From positions 10,294,001 through 10,358,000 of the forward strand of contig NC_087437.1 in the NCBI RefSeq assembly GCF_036321535.1: a stretch of DNA of 64,000 nt, read 5' to 3'. Below, piece after piece: positions 26,605-39,636 of this stretch. The notes beneath the pieces were generated by a model. The model had not been told where the DNA came from. It saw only the letters and a program-made list of their open reading frames with translations, and ran no database searches. Every line of letters starts with the position of its first letter. Within the stretch, counting starts at the first letter, position 1. Source of the DNA: Camelus dromedarius (Eukaryota). Position numbers and translations under genes: made by a program.

Positions 26605-27989
26605 GTTTAGAGTCTCTTAGAGCTTTTATTTTTTTTTCAGGACTTGAGGCTTATATAAAAATTAGATAAGGAAGTGTGCTAAGTATTACAAAGTAAATAA
26701 CTGGTAACTTAAACCCAAATTCTTGATCCAGACACACGGTGATTAAAAATGCGTGCATCGAGAAGTTAATGTAAATATTTTGAATGGTATCCATGGCCAA
26801 GCACACCACAAGCCCTAAACCCTTCACTCATACTTGCAGCCCAAATCTTGATTGTTGTTAACAGGCTCTAAATCAAGCAACTAATGCCTCCATCCTTTAA
26901 GAAATCCCAAAATATGCCCAGTTGATGAGGCAGACCAAAATGCACTTATATTTTAAAAAGGAGAAAGTTAGGGATGCCAACTTCTAGAAACTGAAGAGCA
27001 CCCCAGAGCAGTTTTCAGGGGCCGAGTTCATCATATAAATGAGTGACTCCGGTCATACAAAACAGAGTAAGAGGACAGACAAGAGGAAGCTGCAGCAAGA
27101 ATGCCCCATTAGCAGGCTTCACACTGAAAATTCATTCAACATTGTGTAAATTATTGGGTCTTACAGGACCTGAAGGCTGAGCTGCATATTTATGGTCCCT
27201 GATAGCTCATTACCACCTATAAGAAAGTTTCCCACGGTGTACAAGAGCGGGGGACATCGGCCAAGATTTCAGAGGAAATATGAAACTGCGAAAGAACCAG
27301 TTTCTGTTTTAGCGCTTCATTGTGTGAACAATCTGAGAAATGAATCAGCCCTCTTGAAGATCCCTTGGATGTAAATAGTAGTAAATGGATTTGACGAGTG
27401 TCGGATTGCGTTACTGACTAAATAAACTCAGAGATGATTTTTTAAGAGAGCTACTTCACACGGCATTCTCACCTAAACTGAACAAGTTGAAAAAGAATAC
27501 TTTGCCCAGAAGACTTCCAAATGATCCTGTTACACGTGAGTCGTGAGCCGCCTCTTCCACAGAGTATAATTTTGGTAATACAGGCAAAACGTTCTTGTGA
27601 AGAAATGACTTCAGATAAGTATTCAAAAATGTCATACAAAGAGTACAACGGGGCGACAGCCAAGAATCATGTTTACTCAGCACACCACTTCCTTGAAAAC
27701 AATATTATTGATATTATGAGCATCATTGGAGACACTAACAGGAAGCATCTTGAGTACTTGTAAAGATACATGCCCCTGTAGCCAGCAAGCATTAACATTA
27801 TTCTTCCTGTGAAACTAACTTGGAAACAAGATAAGACAGGCCAAATATGTTTCTGAGTCTTTAATAAAGAAAAGTTGTGCAAAAATGTTCTCCAAAAATC
27901 CACAAGGAAAAAACAAACCAGAGAGACTCACCAAGTTCCCTGAAAGATATGTGATTTGATGGCCCCTGAAATCCACCATTTTCCTAACA

Positions 27990-28130
27990 CCGTTTAGCCT
28001 CTCTGTGCTTCAGTTTCCATCTATAACAAGAATAATAAGACCTACCTCATAAGCTTCTTGTGAAGATCACAATACTTAGAAAAAGATCCAGCACACAGAA
28101 AGCATTCAGTAAGTATCAGCTATTACTTTT
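27990..28130 (+). mobile_element. MIR SINE
   Basis: cctctctgtgcttcagtttccatctataa...cctacctcataag. Confidence 0.8.
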
Positions 28131-29249
28131 ACCGTTAAAGATAAAACAGTGGAGAGTCTAGGCAGAGAATTGCACTCAGAAGTCACACAAATATATGGGC
28201 TCTGGACTCCTTGCAGGTTCTGAATGTTCACAGTCTACTTACAGCACAAGTTTTGATTGTTGGTAATAGGCCCTCAATCCAGCAATTAACTCCTCGGTCT
28301 TGTGAAATGCTTTGGTTTTACAAAGCCGGTCTCAGGAAACATAATATGACTGTGCCTTTGGCAGGTATGACTGGGGACAGGGAAACCCCTGTCACGTACC
28401 CATCACATGCCCAGTTAGCAAAGTGGCCAAAAGGAAGCATGGCCTTTAAAAAAGAAAATAGATAAGGATTCAACTTCTAGAAGCTGAAGAACACTATTGT
28501 GATATAAGTAGATGGCAGTTCAACCAACAGCCATCAAAAGCAAGCAAACAAACAACAAACAACAAACTGTCCACCATTGAGGCAAATTGATGTCACAGAG
28601 AGATTCTGTGATTTCATTTGTTTAATAGAACAAAGGAAACCTCCCGGCTTCATCTTGAACAATCCAGTCGTAAACCAATGGGGTGTGGCAGGAGCCCGAT
28701 TCCTGAATGCCTGGAGCAGAGATGATGGACCAGATCCCAGTTCTCCAGTCCCTTGCAGTTGGGTGTGTTGAGGGGCTGGGTCCTGACTAGAGAAATGTGG
28801 AACAGAGCTGAGATCAGCCAGTGGTGGGCCCAGTTTTAACACGTGCACATGACCCTCCATACCATCTCTCTCTGAGGACGTTTCGAACGCTGAGATGGTA
28901 AAGGTAAATGGTGGGAGTCCATCTATGAGAACGAGAATGAGAAACTTACTACAGAAAGCCACTAAAACTTGGAGATTGTTGTAGCCGCTAGTGTTAACTT
29001 ACCTTTTTTTCACTTGTTCATATCCATGGTGATTTAAACCCGACTTGGATTCCTGCCTGCAACTTCTTTAGCTGATGTTAACAACACCACCTTTTTCTAA
29101 ATCACAGGCTTGCAGAGGCAATGAAAGCCAGGTACTAGTGTCTCACTGCTTAAGCTGATTTAATTTGCTTTTTCCTGATGATATGCAGACTGGTACACTC
29201 CCATTTCAAAGGGTTCCGTGCCTTAGTGATTGTTAAGATCTTGAAGGTC

Positions 29250-29866
29250 TCCTCTTTCCCTCTCCTCATCCATCACCCTCATCTCCCATCTGGACCATGG
29301 AAATTTGTTCCCAGCTGGTATCCCATTCTTCACACAGTACTGAGAATGAATCCCTGCTTAAAACCTTCAAGTGGCTTACCACTGGCATATCGTAATCCAG
29401 ATCCTGGAACTTGGCCTCCAAGATGCTCCATGCTCTGGCCCCTGTCTGCTCCAAGATCGTCTCTCTCTACTCTCCTGTCGGATTATTGTGCTCGGCCACT
29501 GTGGTCTTTGTTCAGTCTCTTGAACATAACGTGTTTGGCCCTATCTCAAGACATTAGTACTTTTCTTCTTCACCTCCCAAAAAAATGTCACCTCTGAAAA
29601 GAATTCTTCGAATCCCCCAACTGAAGTAGTGGCCCTGGAAGCCAATTCCTATCACATTCCTCTATTCTGTTTTCCTCCAAGCATGCATCGGTATCTAAAG
29701 CAGTCTCACTTACTTACGTTTATTGTCTGAATGTCCCACCCCCACCCACCTCCAGTGGAAGAAAGCTCCATATGAATCTGTCCGTTCATAACTGTTCCCC
29801 CAACACTGTGTCCAGTACCTGGTGCCTAATGCACCCTCAGAAAATATATGATAACTGACTGATGAA
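29250..29866 (+). mobile_element. L2 3' portion
   Basis: ccctgcttaaaaccttcaagtggcttacc...ctctggcccctg...cagtacctggtgcctaatgcaccctcagaaaatatatg. Confidence 0.8.
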
Positions 29867-30091
29867 AGCTATAAGCACGCTTTCCCCAAATGCATTCACT
29901 GACAAAAAAAAATTTCATATTATTTGATAGGATTGTGAAGTCCCTGAAAGCCATACATGTACTAGGGATCCATGAACCCTAAGTTAATAAGCACAGAAAT
30001 CAAATTTTGAATGAATAGATCAGGAAGTTGGGCTAGCTCAAGTCAAACTTGGGCAATCTTGGGCTCAGTTACTATCTATGTCTTCTAAATG

Positions 30092-30303
30092 ACATTGATT
30101 TTTCTTCTAACTATTCCATCAGTTATTATGAGTGGGGAATTGAAGTCTTCAAAATATTTTTGTTGAATTACCTATTTCTTCAATTCTGTCAGTTTTTGCT
30201 TTGTGTATTTTGGGGTTTTGGTGTTAGATGCATATGTGTTTATAAGTGTTATGTTTTCCTAGAAACCTTTTTATAATTCTTTTACTATTATAAAATATCC
30301 CTA
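30092..30303 (-). mobile_element. Old L1 ORF2 endonuclease-region fragment
   Basis: attgaagtcttcaaaatatt...ttcaattctgtcagtttttgctttgtgtattttg...ttagatgcatatgtgtttata. Confidence 0.7.
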
Positions 30304-30319
30304 ATGTGGGGGGCTATTA

Positions 30320-30530
30320 TAGCCTTTAGTTGGCTCATCTAATATAAATATTCATGCTTGGTATAAATCTCAAAATGAAATATTAATGTTTGATTATGGG
30401 GTGCTGCCCCAGACTTTACCAGGAACATTAGAGTTGATGATATTTGCACCAGATTTCTTTTAAAAATTAAAAAACAAACAAACAAAAAAACCAGCTGGCC
30501 TCAAGAGTTTTAGATAAGCTTTATTGGGTC
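30320..30530. mobile_element. Tigger-family DNA transposon fragment
   Basis: gattatggggtgctgccccagac...cagctggcctcaagagttttagataag resembles ancient Tigger-type termini. Confidence 0.45.
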
Positions 30531-31699
30531 AATCATTTGCTTGAGGTTTAAATAGGTACCAGGCACTGAGCTAAAAGTGTCACAGACATCTTGACATTTT
30601 GTCTTCTGGATTAGCAGAAAATTAAACCACACTTCAGTCACTCAGGTCATGAGAAGCAAGGTGCCTCTAGTTGTTCTATGTGATGAAGCCAGACCAGCTC
30701 CACAGCCCAAGAAGATCACGGTTGTCTATTCTATCACAGGCATGTTCCAGTACTGCAAGGCCCCACAGACTTGTAGAATCCTGGTGCAAGAAATCACTGC
30801 TTGACATCCCCACTGGGAGGGAGCATCAGTCCCAAGAGATAAACCCAACAGAGCTAGGAGCTGCTGTCACTCAAGACCTAAGGCTATTCCTCTTGCCACC
30901 ATGATTTTAGCTTCACAACAGCTTAACACAAGTATTTGTCTGTTTGTTTATTAAGTAATACATTTGGCTTTTTCCTCAATGAGATCAGCTTTACTGAAGG
31001 ACCAGCTGTTGTCAGCATGGAGCCATAGGTTCTGAGCAGTATCTTTCAAATTATTATCTCTGGAACCCTGAGAAACTACCAAGGTGCTTCCCTGTTCCAC
31101 AAAGCCTAGATTCAAATTTCATTTTTAACTATATGTATATTCATCTATTTAAAATACTGCCATAAAACCAACATATACACTTAAATAGCATATCAAATTG
31201 AAACATTCAAGAGACCACATTAATTGTACCACCACAAAAATTTTAATTGTATGCAAATCCTGGTAAGAAAATTCTATCATTTCTTTGCGTTTAATTAGAC
31301 TTCCTATAACTGTGTCATTGATTACAGTAGTTGTAGTTCTGCAGTGGTCTATTTTTTTCATTCAAGCCTACACATGTCTACAGTGTATAAAATTGTGAAA
31401 TTGACTGCATGGTTACTAAATATGTGTGAGCTGGGATTGTCTTGATGTGTGCAACCAGAAGAAAATTGAGAAACAAATTGGATGCAGTAATTGTTATTCA
31501 TAACCCTCAATTTCATATATTATTATTTTCCTTTATTAACTTTTATTATATTCATGAATTTAGGAAATAAAATTATGCCAGTAAAATGTTGCTGTTATCT
31601 ATTTTAGACCCAATACCTAACCCTTACTTTGTTTTGACAGAGCCCAATGTTTCCAGCTACCTCCAGTGTAACCTGGAGGTTGAAGCTGGGGCTGGGGGT

Positions 31700-31926
31700 G
31701 GTATTAGTTATATATTGCTGCAAAGCAGTTACCATCATCTTAGAAACTTAAAACAATCATCTCACAGTTTCTATAGGCTGGAGTCTGGGCACAGAGTAAC
31801 TGAGTTCTCTGCTCAGGGTCTCCCAGGCTGAATCAAGGTGTGGGCTAGGACCGAGATGCCACCTGAAGGACATTGTCCTCTTCCAAGCCTATTCAGGTCA
31901 CTGGTAAAATTCAGCTCCTTAGAACT
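31700..31926 (-). mobile_element. MLT1E-like LTR, partial
   Basis: gtattagttatatattgctgc...ctctgctcagggtctcccaggctgaatcaaggtg. Confidence 0.75.
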
Positions 31927-32501
31927 TGCATTAGTTTTCTATTGCTGCATAATGAAATATATTTTAGTGGCTAAAACAAACCCATGTATTAACTCACAGT
32001 TCTGAGGGTCATAAATCCAGGCATGGTATCCTGGGTTCTTTGCTCAGGGTTCCACAGGGTGAAATCTGGGTGTTAGCCATGCTACCTGCTTTTATGGAGG
32101 CTCTGGGAAAGAATCTGCTTCCACATTTATTCAGACTGTTGGAAGGGTTCATTTCCTTGTGGTTGTGGGCATCCGTCGGGCACTGCTTTTGGCTCCAGTA
32201 GACCACTCTCAGATCCTTGACATATAGGGTCCCCTCTACCTTCAAAACTAGTGGCCTAGACTCTTCCTGGTACTCAATCTCTTTCACATCTGCAATCTCT
32301 CTCTAGTCTGCTATGAGTCTTATGTAATGTGATATAATCCCAAGAGGGACTATCCCACCACAATTTGCTACATAACACAGTCAAGGGGATGACCATCCTA
32401 TCATGTTTACAGATTCACCCACATTCAAGGGTCAGCGATTACACAAGACGTGTATACCAGGAGGTGGGTGTCGTAGAGGTCATCTTAAATTCCACCATCA
32501 C
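31927..32501 (-). mobile_element. MLT1E-like solo LTR
   Basis: tgcattagttttctattgctgc...gaggctctgggaaagaatctgcttcc...ccaccatcaca; TG...CA ends. Confidence 0.8.
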
Positions 32502-32571
32502 AGGTTCAAGGAGAGCCCTATACTCAAATTCAGAGTGAATTTTTCTTTGTATATGTTATTTAAAACAGCTA

Positions 32572-32722
32572 TTTTTAGATTTCATATTTAAGTGACAACA
32601 TATAGTATTTGTCTTTGTCCATCTGACTTAATTCACTAAGCATAATGCTCTCTAGGTCCATCCGTGTTGTCATAGATGGCAAGATTTCATTCTTTTTTAT
32701 GGATGAGTAGTATTCCATTGTG

Positions 32723-32760
<38 letters not shown>

Positions 32761-33622
32761 CACATCTTCTTTACCCATTCATCTTTTGATGGACACTTAG
32801 GTTGCTTCCATATCTTGGCCATTGTAAATAATGCTCCAGTGAACATAGGGGTGCATATATCTTTTCCAATTAACGTTTTCATTTTCTTCAGATAAATACC
32901 CAGGAGTGGAATTGCTGAATCCTATGGTAGTTCTAGTTTTAATTTTTTTGAGGAATCTCCATACTGTTTTCCACAGTAGCTGCACCAATTTGATTCCCAC
33001 CAATAGGGCATGAAGTTTTTCTTTTTCTCCACTTCCTCACCAACACTTATTATTTGTTGTCTTTTTGATAATAGTCATTCTGACATGTGTGAAGTGATAT
33101 TTCATTAAGGTTTTGATTTACATTTCCCCTATGATGAGTGATGTTGAATAACTTTTCATGTGCCTGTTGGCCATCTATATGTCTTCTTTGGAAAAAATTC
33201 TATTCAAATACTGTGCCCATTTCTAAATCAGATTGTTTGCAATTTTGATGTTGAGTTGAGGTGTATATTTTGAATATTAACCCCTTATCAGATATATCAT
33301 TTGTATATATCTTCTCCCAGTCAGCAGGCAGCTTTTTTGTTTTATTGATGGTTTCTGTCACTGCGCAAAAGCGTTTTAGTTTGGCATAATCCCATTTGCT
33401 TATTTTTACTTTTGTTTCCCTTGCCTGAGGAGACAGATCCAAAAAATATATATTTATTACTAAGAGTGATGTCAAAGAGCTCACTGCCTATGTTCTTTTC
33501 TAAAAGTTTTATGGTTTCAGTTCTTACATGTAAGTCTTTAATCCACTTTAAATGTATTTTTTTGTGCGTGGTGTAAAAAAGTGATCCAATCTGATTCTCT
33601 TGCATGTAGCTGTCTGGTTTGC
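32572..33622 (-). mobile_element. Inverted 5' segment of a twin-primed L1
   Basis: Minus-strand ORF2 C-terminal peptides ([48 protein letters not shown]); (TA)n at ~32727-32757. Confidence 0.9.
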
Positions 33623-34370
33623 ACACAGCAAAATAGAAACAGAGTTGGATACAGAGAACAAACAAGTGGTTGCCAGAGGGGAGAGAGTGGTGGGGGGAGA
33701 GAAATAGCTGAGGGAGATTAAGAGGCACAAACTTCCTGTTGCAAAAAAAAATGAGACAAGAGTGTGAAATGCACAGTGTAGGGGAATATAATCAATAATT
33801 ATGTAATATCTTTGTGTGGTGACAGATGGTAACCAGATTTATCATGGTGATCATTTTGAAATGTATAGAAATATTGAATCACTATGTTGTGTACCAGGAA
33901 CTAACACAGTTTTGTGAGGCAGTTATACCTAAAAAACAAACAAACAAACAAGCTTATCGAAAAAGAGATCAGATTTGTGGTTACCAGAGGTGGGGAGTGG
34001 GGGGACAGGGTATTGGATGAAGGTGGTCAAAATGTACAAACTTCCAGTTATCAGGTAAATAAATACTAGGGATGTCATGTACAACATGATAGATATAATT
34101 AACACTGCTGTATGTTAGATATGAAAGTTGTAGAGAATAAATCCTGAGTTCTCATCAGAAGGGAAAAAATTTTTCTGTTTCTTTAATTTTGTTAGATACA
34201 TACAGATTTTGTTAGATCTCATATAGATGAAAATAGATATTCACTAAATTTATCATGGTAATCATTTCATGATGTATGTAAATAAAACCATTATGCTGAA
34301 CACCTTAAATTTATGCAGTGCTATATGTCTATATAGTCTCAATAAAACTGGAAGAAAATATAAAATTTAA
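33623..34370 (+). mobile_element. L1 3'UTR (sense segment of the same insertion), two tandem 3'UTR-like modules
   Basis: gatacagagaacaaacaagtggttgccagagg...; second module gagatcagatttgtggttaccagagg...ctcaataaaactgga. Confidence 0.88.
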
Positions 34371-34382
34371 AGATTAATAAAT

Positions 34383-34514
34383 GGGAGGAGGGTATAGCTC
34401 AGTGGTAGAGTGCATGCTTAACATACTGGCTTCATTCCCCAGTACCTCCATTAAAATGAATTTATAAATAAATGAGCCTAGTTACCTCCCCCTTAAAAAA
34501 AAGAAAAAAATGAT
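34383..34514 (+). mobile_element. tRNA-derived SINE (vic-1-like) inserted in the L1 tail
   Basis: gggaggagggtatagctcagtggtagagtgcatgctta; short internal deletion before the B box; TSD agattaataaat (34371-34382) / aaattaacaaat (34515-34526). Confidence 0.88.
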
Positions 34515-35624
34515 AAATTAACAAATTTTAAGTTATCCAAAGCTCCCCACTCTGATCTGAAATTCATTAATATATTATATACCTGCTATCTTTCAGGCAT
34601 AATACTGGGAACACAAATAATATCTTTCACTGAAAGCCTCACAAATCATGATACAAAATGGTAGGTCATTATTAGATAAGATAGTAAACAGTATATTTGA
34701 GATCTGAAGAAGGTATCATGGGCACACAGAGGAGTGAGGGATTTACTGTATCTGTGAAAGATGGAAGAAGGTTTCACGAAAGGGGTGAAATTTGGTCTAG
34801 GACTTGAAGTTTGAATGGAAGTATCTTAGGGAGAAGAGGAAAGAACATTCTAGAAAATGAATGTCATCTGTGTATCTTGTTGATGCCGGAATCAGTAGGT
34901 GATGTTATTTTGGTAACATGTACAAGAAAGCATGTCAGCTCCCCACACTGGCACTAAGTTTGTGCTCACCGGGAATCTGAGGGTTGGTGGGAGCGGCTGT
35001 CCAGTCCCCTCCTAAAGCTCACAGTTGAAGCAACCGTGTTTGGGGCTGGTGTATCTTTTGGAGCCAAGGGAGCTTCTATTATCTCCTATACAAAGACTAT
35101 CATTTGTGAGAGTAGATATTAGGAAAGAGAAGCTTGAAGAGTATTCAAGTCAAAGTAAATGCTTTCCCCCTGGAAGTACATCACACGGAACCCAAGACTT
35201 GTGTCACACGCTGCTGTCCTGTGGGAGAGCTGTCTTTTAACTTTACCACAGGTAAATAATCTTTTTCTCTTTGCTGTTCACTCTTATCCCGTAATAAACC
35301 CAACAAACTAAACCAGAGTGGACGGTTCCCCTTCTTTTTCTAAACAGCTGTTGTTCACTCCACTGGTTTTCTGAACACTACACTCAATAAGGCTCCCACT
35401 GGGAATTTCAAACAGTAAGACACACTTAAATTGCCTTTTAGAGTGAAATGTAAAAAGAAAACATTGATGCTTGTCCACTCTCCTCCCCCTCAGTTAAAGA
35501 ATACTTTGTATGTGGCTTCTTGTGTTCCAAAATGGACATTTACTCAACATTCCTGAAAGACAGTCTGAAAGGCGCTGTGAGAACCATGCTCACCCAGTTG
35601 CTTTTTGCAGCAGAGGTAAGGCTT

Positions 35625-35860
35625 TCATAATACCACCTCACATTTGCAGAGTCCTTCACGTGGCAAAGTCCTTTTGCATTCAGTGTCCATTTTAATTCTC
35701 GAAGTCATCTTGGGAAAAAAATAATAACGCTTTTACACATGAGCAAATTGAGTTTCTCAGACCAAGATGCTCCTGGAGATACAACAGCCAGTAAGTCACA
35801 ATCAGAATTTGAATGCATGCTCCGGACTTGTCCTCTATGAACTGGCCATAGTTAGAATCC
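35625..35860 (-). mobile_element. MIR SINE
   Basis: ttttacacatgagcaaattgag...acagccagtaagtcacaatcagaatttgaa. Confidence 0.6.
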
Positions 35861-36007
35861 TCTGGGTCATCCATGGTCTTGACCAGCAAAGGGAATCCCT
35901 TAGTGTGTGGATTAATGGCATGGATTTTGGAGACTCTAATCCTTTCCATATTAGCTGTATGTCCTAGGGAAATTTATTTGTGTTCTCTCACTTGCTTCCT
36001 CATCTAC

Positions 36008-36401
36008 TGTATGTTCACTAGGGCTGCCATGACAAACTACTGCACACTGGGGGCTTAAACTACAGAAGTATTTCCCCTCACGGTTCCACAGGCTAGGAGT
36101 CCAAGAGCAAGGTGTTGGCAGGGTCAGCTTCTTCTAAAGGCCTTTCTCCTTGGCTTATAGATGGCTGTCTTTGAAAGGGTATTTGCACATGGTCTTCTCC
36201 CTATGTGCGTCTGTGTCCTAATCTCTTCTTTTAAGGACATCAATCATTGGATCAGGACCCATCCTAGTGACCTCGTTTAACTTTAATTACCTCTTTGAAA
36301 TCCCAATCTCCAAATACAGTCACATTCTAGGAATGGGGGCTTGGGGAGGGGATTAAGATTTTAACATACAAATTGGTGGGGATACAATTCAGCCAATAAC
36401 A
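36008..36401 (-). mobile_element. MLT1A/B-like solo LTR
   Basis: tagggctgccatgacaaactactgcacactgggggcttaaac...acaattcagccaataaca; flanks tctac / tctgt. Confidence 0.88.
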
Positions 36402-36457
36402 TCTGTAAAATGCAAAGATGGAAAGAGTTAATATATAAAGGTCTCGGCGTGATAAAT

Positions 36458-37047
36458 TGCAGCAGTCTATGATTGCTGTAACAAATTACTACAAACTTGG
36501 TGACAACACGGATGTATTATTTTACAGTTCTGTTGGTCGCACAGCCCACGTGGATCTTACTAGGTTGAAATTAAGATGTCGGCAGCAGGGCTGCATTCCC
36601 TTCCCTAGGCTCAAATGGAGGCTCTGTGTGTTCCTTGTTCACTCGGGTTCTTGCAGTTGTAGGACCAAGGTCCCCATTTTCCATCTAGCCATCATTTGAA
36701 GGCCATTCTCAGCTTCTAGAGTCATCACATCTCTTGGCTTGTGGTCCCGTTCCTTCATCTCCAAAGCCAGCAAGAGAGGATTGAGTCCTTGTCACAGTCC
36801 ATCCCTCTGACCCTTATGCTGTGACGGCATTTCTCTCTTACCACAGCCTAAAAAGGCTTTCCTCTTTTAAAGGTGTGTGTGATTAGATTGGTCACACTTG
36901 AATAATCCCAGGATAATCTTCTCATCTCAAGGTCCTTAACCTGAATCACATTTGCAAAGTCCTTTTATCATAAAAGGAAACATATTCATAGGCTCCCAGG
37001 ATTAGAGTGTGGACCTTTTTGGGGGGAACAGTATTCTGCCCACTACA
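36458..37047 (-). mobile_element. MLT1D/E-like solo LTR
   Basis: tgctgtaacaaattactacaaacttggtg...ggataatcttctcatctcaaggtccttaac...tattctgcccactaca; TSD taaat / taagt. Confidence 0.88.
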
Positions 37048-37146
37048 TAAGTGCTTGATGAAAGACAGCTTTTATCTCTTTAATGATTGAAGAGAAAACT
37101 TTGTAAGCCAATGAGCCCATTTAAAATTGTATTGATTGGTTTGGCT

Positions 37147-37351
37147 AAGTGATTCCAACCAGGGGACATTTGGTTATGTCTGGAGACATTTTTGGTTGTC
37201 ACCACTGGTGGGGCGGGGGGTGGTGACACTGATCCCAGGTAGGTCAAGGCCATGGTTACTGCTCAGCATCCAACAATGCACAGGGCAGCCCCCCCACAAC
37301 AAAGAATTAGCCAACCCAAAATGTCAATAATACCATGATTGAAAAACCCTA
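37147..37351 (+). mobile_element. MER20 hAT MITE
   Basis: ggggacatttggttatgtctggagacatttttggttgtcac...caacaaagaattagccaacccaaaatgtcaata...ttgaaaaacccta. Confidence 0.88.
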
Positions 37352-37644
37352 GTTTACCTGAACACTTTGAGAAAATTTAATTGATCTGAATGGAAATGAA
37401 ATTTTTATTATTACCAAATGGACTCTTATCAATGCTATATCAAGTGGTCTCTTTTGTTCCATGACAGGAAAAAAAAAGTTTCTTCTCCAGTTAGGAAAAA
37501 AGGATAAGATATTATTCCACGATATCCTTATTGTGTTTGAGACATGCTATCAATAGATAGCTGTATGGCTGTTTTAAATTCAACCTGGTCTACGAAAATG
37601 GGAGTTAACTTATTCTAAATGTTATATATATGTGTGTGTTTTTT

Positions 37645-37940
37645 TAATTCATTCCTTTATTGAAAAGTTAGCAAGGTCCAGGCAGGCACTGTTCCAGAGA
37701 TGCAGGTACATCTGTGAACAATACAAACATTCCTGGTCTTGTAGATCTGATATTCTAGAGGAGAGAGATAGTCAATGGGCATAATAAATAAATAAATGAT
37801 AAATTATGTGAGAAGATGAGAAAGGCTCTGAGAGTCAGGCAGCTCGGGGCTGCAGTGGGTCAGGAGAGGCAGGGGGGAGCCACCGTGGAGGCATCACATA
37901 GGGTGGTCAGGGCAGGCAGCCCTGGGAAGACTATCTTGTC
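37645..37940 (-). mobile_element. L2 3' fragment
   Basis: attcattcc...aggcactgttccagagatgcaggtacatctgtgaaca...gatattctagag. Confidence 0.65.
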
Positions 37941-39351
37941 TAGTTATGAAGACCAGATGCCGTCTCATTTTCTTAACCTCATTTGCAAAGTATTTGCAAG
38001 TTATATTTGCAAGATATAAACATGGAGAGAGCTTTGCATTTTTATTGAATGAGAAAAATCAAGTGGAAAGGAGATAAACCCATTAATATCAACCCATCAT
38101 AAACAACAGTTCAGGGCTTGGAACTGGAGCCCTTGAGTGACAAAATCACCAGTCTTTTCTCAAAGTCACCCTGCCTTCCCACTCTACGCCAGTGTCAGGA
38201 ACAAGTCGGCACATATGCGTGTTGATGCTCCCAGTTGTGGCGTGACCCCTGCCATGCCCCACCCCCTTCTCCAAAGCCAGGTTCAAGGACAGGTCAGGTG
38301 AGTGACAGCTGAGTGTTTGTTTGCTGGACCCGTCTAATGACCTTTGTGCCAACTGCACTGTCTTTGTCACTGAAGTTGAACGAGGTGAAAAGAGAAAAAC
38401 AGATGCTAGAGGAAACAATCCAAAATTCTACTAAACAGTTTTTCCACTGATTGGTCTATGCCATAAATTCTAATTTCCACCTTTGACCAATGACTTCAAA
38501 GATAAAATAACCAACAACTTCCAGAAAAAATAGCTAAGTCCTAAATGGCAGTCTGTCCCGAATTCCCAGAGTTATATTCCTCCATAATGATTTCTGCTTG
38601 TTTTATTCATCTTTTTCATTCTGGGCTTAAACATTTGGTCCATAAATATTTTGAGGAATATAGCCATGTGTTCTTCTAACATAAAAGAAGGATCCAGTTC
38701 AGGATACAATCGGGTTCCCTGGTATAAGCTGTGTCTGATGAAGATCATGCTATGAAATTCAAGTCAGCAAGTTAAAACTCGTTGTGGCATTTACTGCTTA
38801 ACAAATCAAGGAGCCAAATCAATAGTTTCCAAACACAGCCCAGGGGGAGAGCCATAGAAGGGAAAGGAGGGTTATTCTCAGTCTTCTAGGGACTCCAGAC
38901 AACAGGGTGGGAGCAGACATTAAAAAATTAGCTTTCTCCAAATATCCTTTTATTGGCTCATTTTGAAAATATTTCTGGTTACACATTATCCTGCTGTTTG
39001 GCTACATTTTTTTTTAACACTTTCTAGTTCCAAATTCATTCCAGTGGGAGCAGCCCATTGGCAGGGGCAGCCTGTGATTATCTCACTGTATGGAATTCAT
39101 TTCACAGCATAATCTGCTTTTGCGAGTGCTGTACAGCACAAAGGGAAACTGCCAAGATGAGCGTCCCAGGATCACGCACCTGCCCAATAGGCTTAGCTGC
39201 TGAGAAGAGACTCCTTAACAAGCCTTCTCACGCCCCGTGCTGCACAGGGGATGCTCTCCTGAGGCTCCCCCAATGTCTTGGGAGGCACGGCTAATATTTC
39301 TTTTTTAGGAACAGGATTAGTACAAGCGGTGTGGTGACCCAGCTCCCTACT

Positions 39352-39636
39352 ACTATGCTGCTCAGGGCAAGGACCCTGGACAGCAGCGTCAGAGACCCCT
39401 GGGAACTTACTAAAAACACATAGTCTTGACAAATATATTTAAGTACATGCATGACTGGGACATTGTGCTGTACACCAGAAACTGACACATTGTAACTAAC
39501 GATACATCAATTAAAAAAAAAAAGAAAGAAAGAGAAAGAAAGAAACACACAATCTTGGAACCCTCCCCAGCCCAACCTGCATTTTAAGCAGATCCCCAGG
39601 TGACCTGTAGTGCACTCCAGCTTGAGGAATTTGTCT
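39352..39636. mobile_element. MER5A-like MITE interrupted by an L1 3' tip
   Basis: cagcagcgtcagagacccctgggaacttactaaaaa...ctgcattttaagcagatccccaggtgac. Confidence 0.75.
39429..39540 (+). mobile_element. Very short L1 3' tip with A/GAAA tail
   Basis: tgctgtacaccagaaactgacacattgtaac; TSD aaaaacacatagtcttg (39412-39428) / agaaacacacaatcttg (39541-39557). Confidence 0.85.

Larger units (their letters stand above)
35900..37075 (+). mobile_element. MIR SINE split by two LTR insertions
   Basis: Core ttcctcatct|gtaaaatg split across 36007/36402; tail taagtgcttgatgaaagacagctttt after 37047. Confidence 0.55.
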
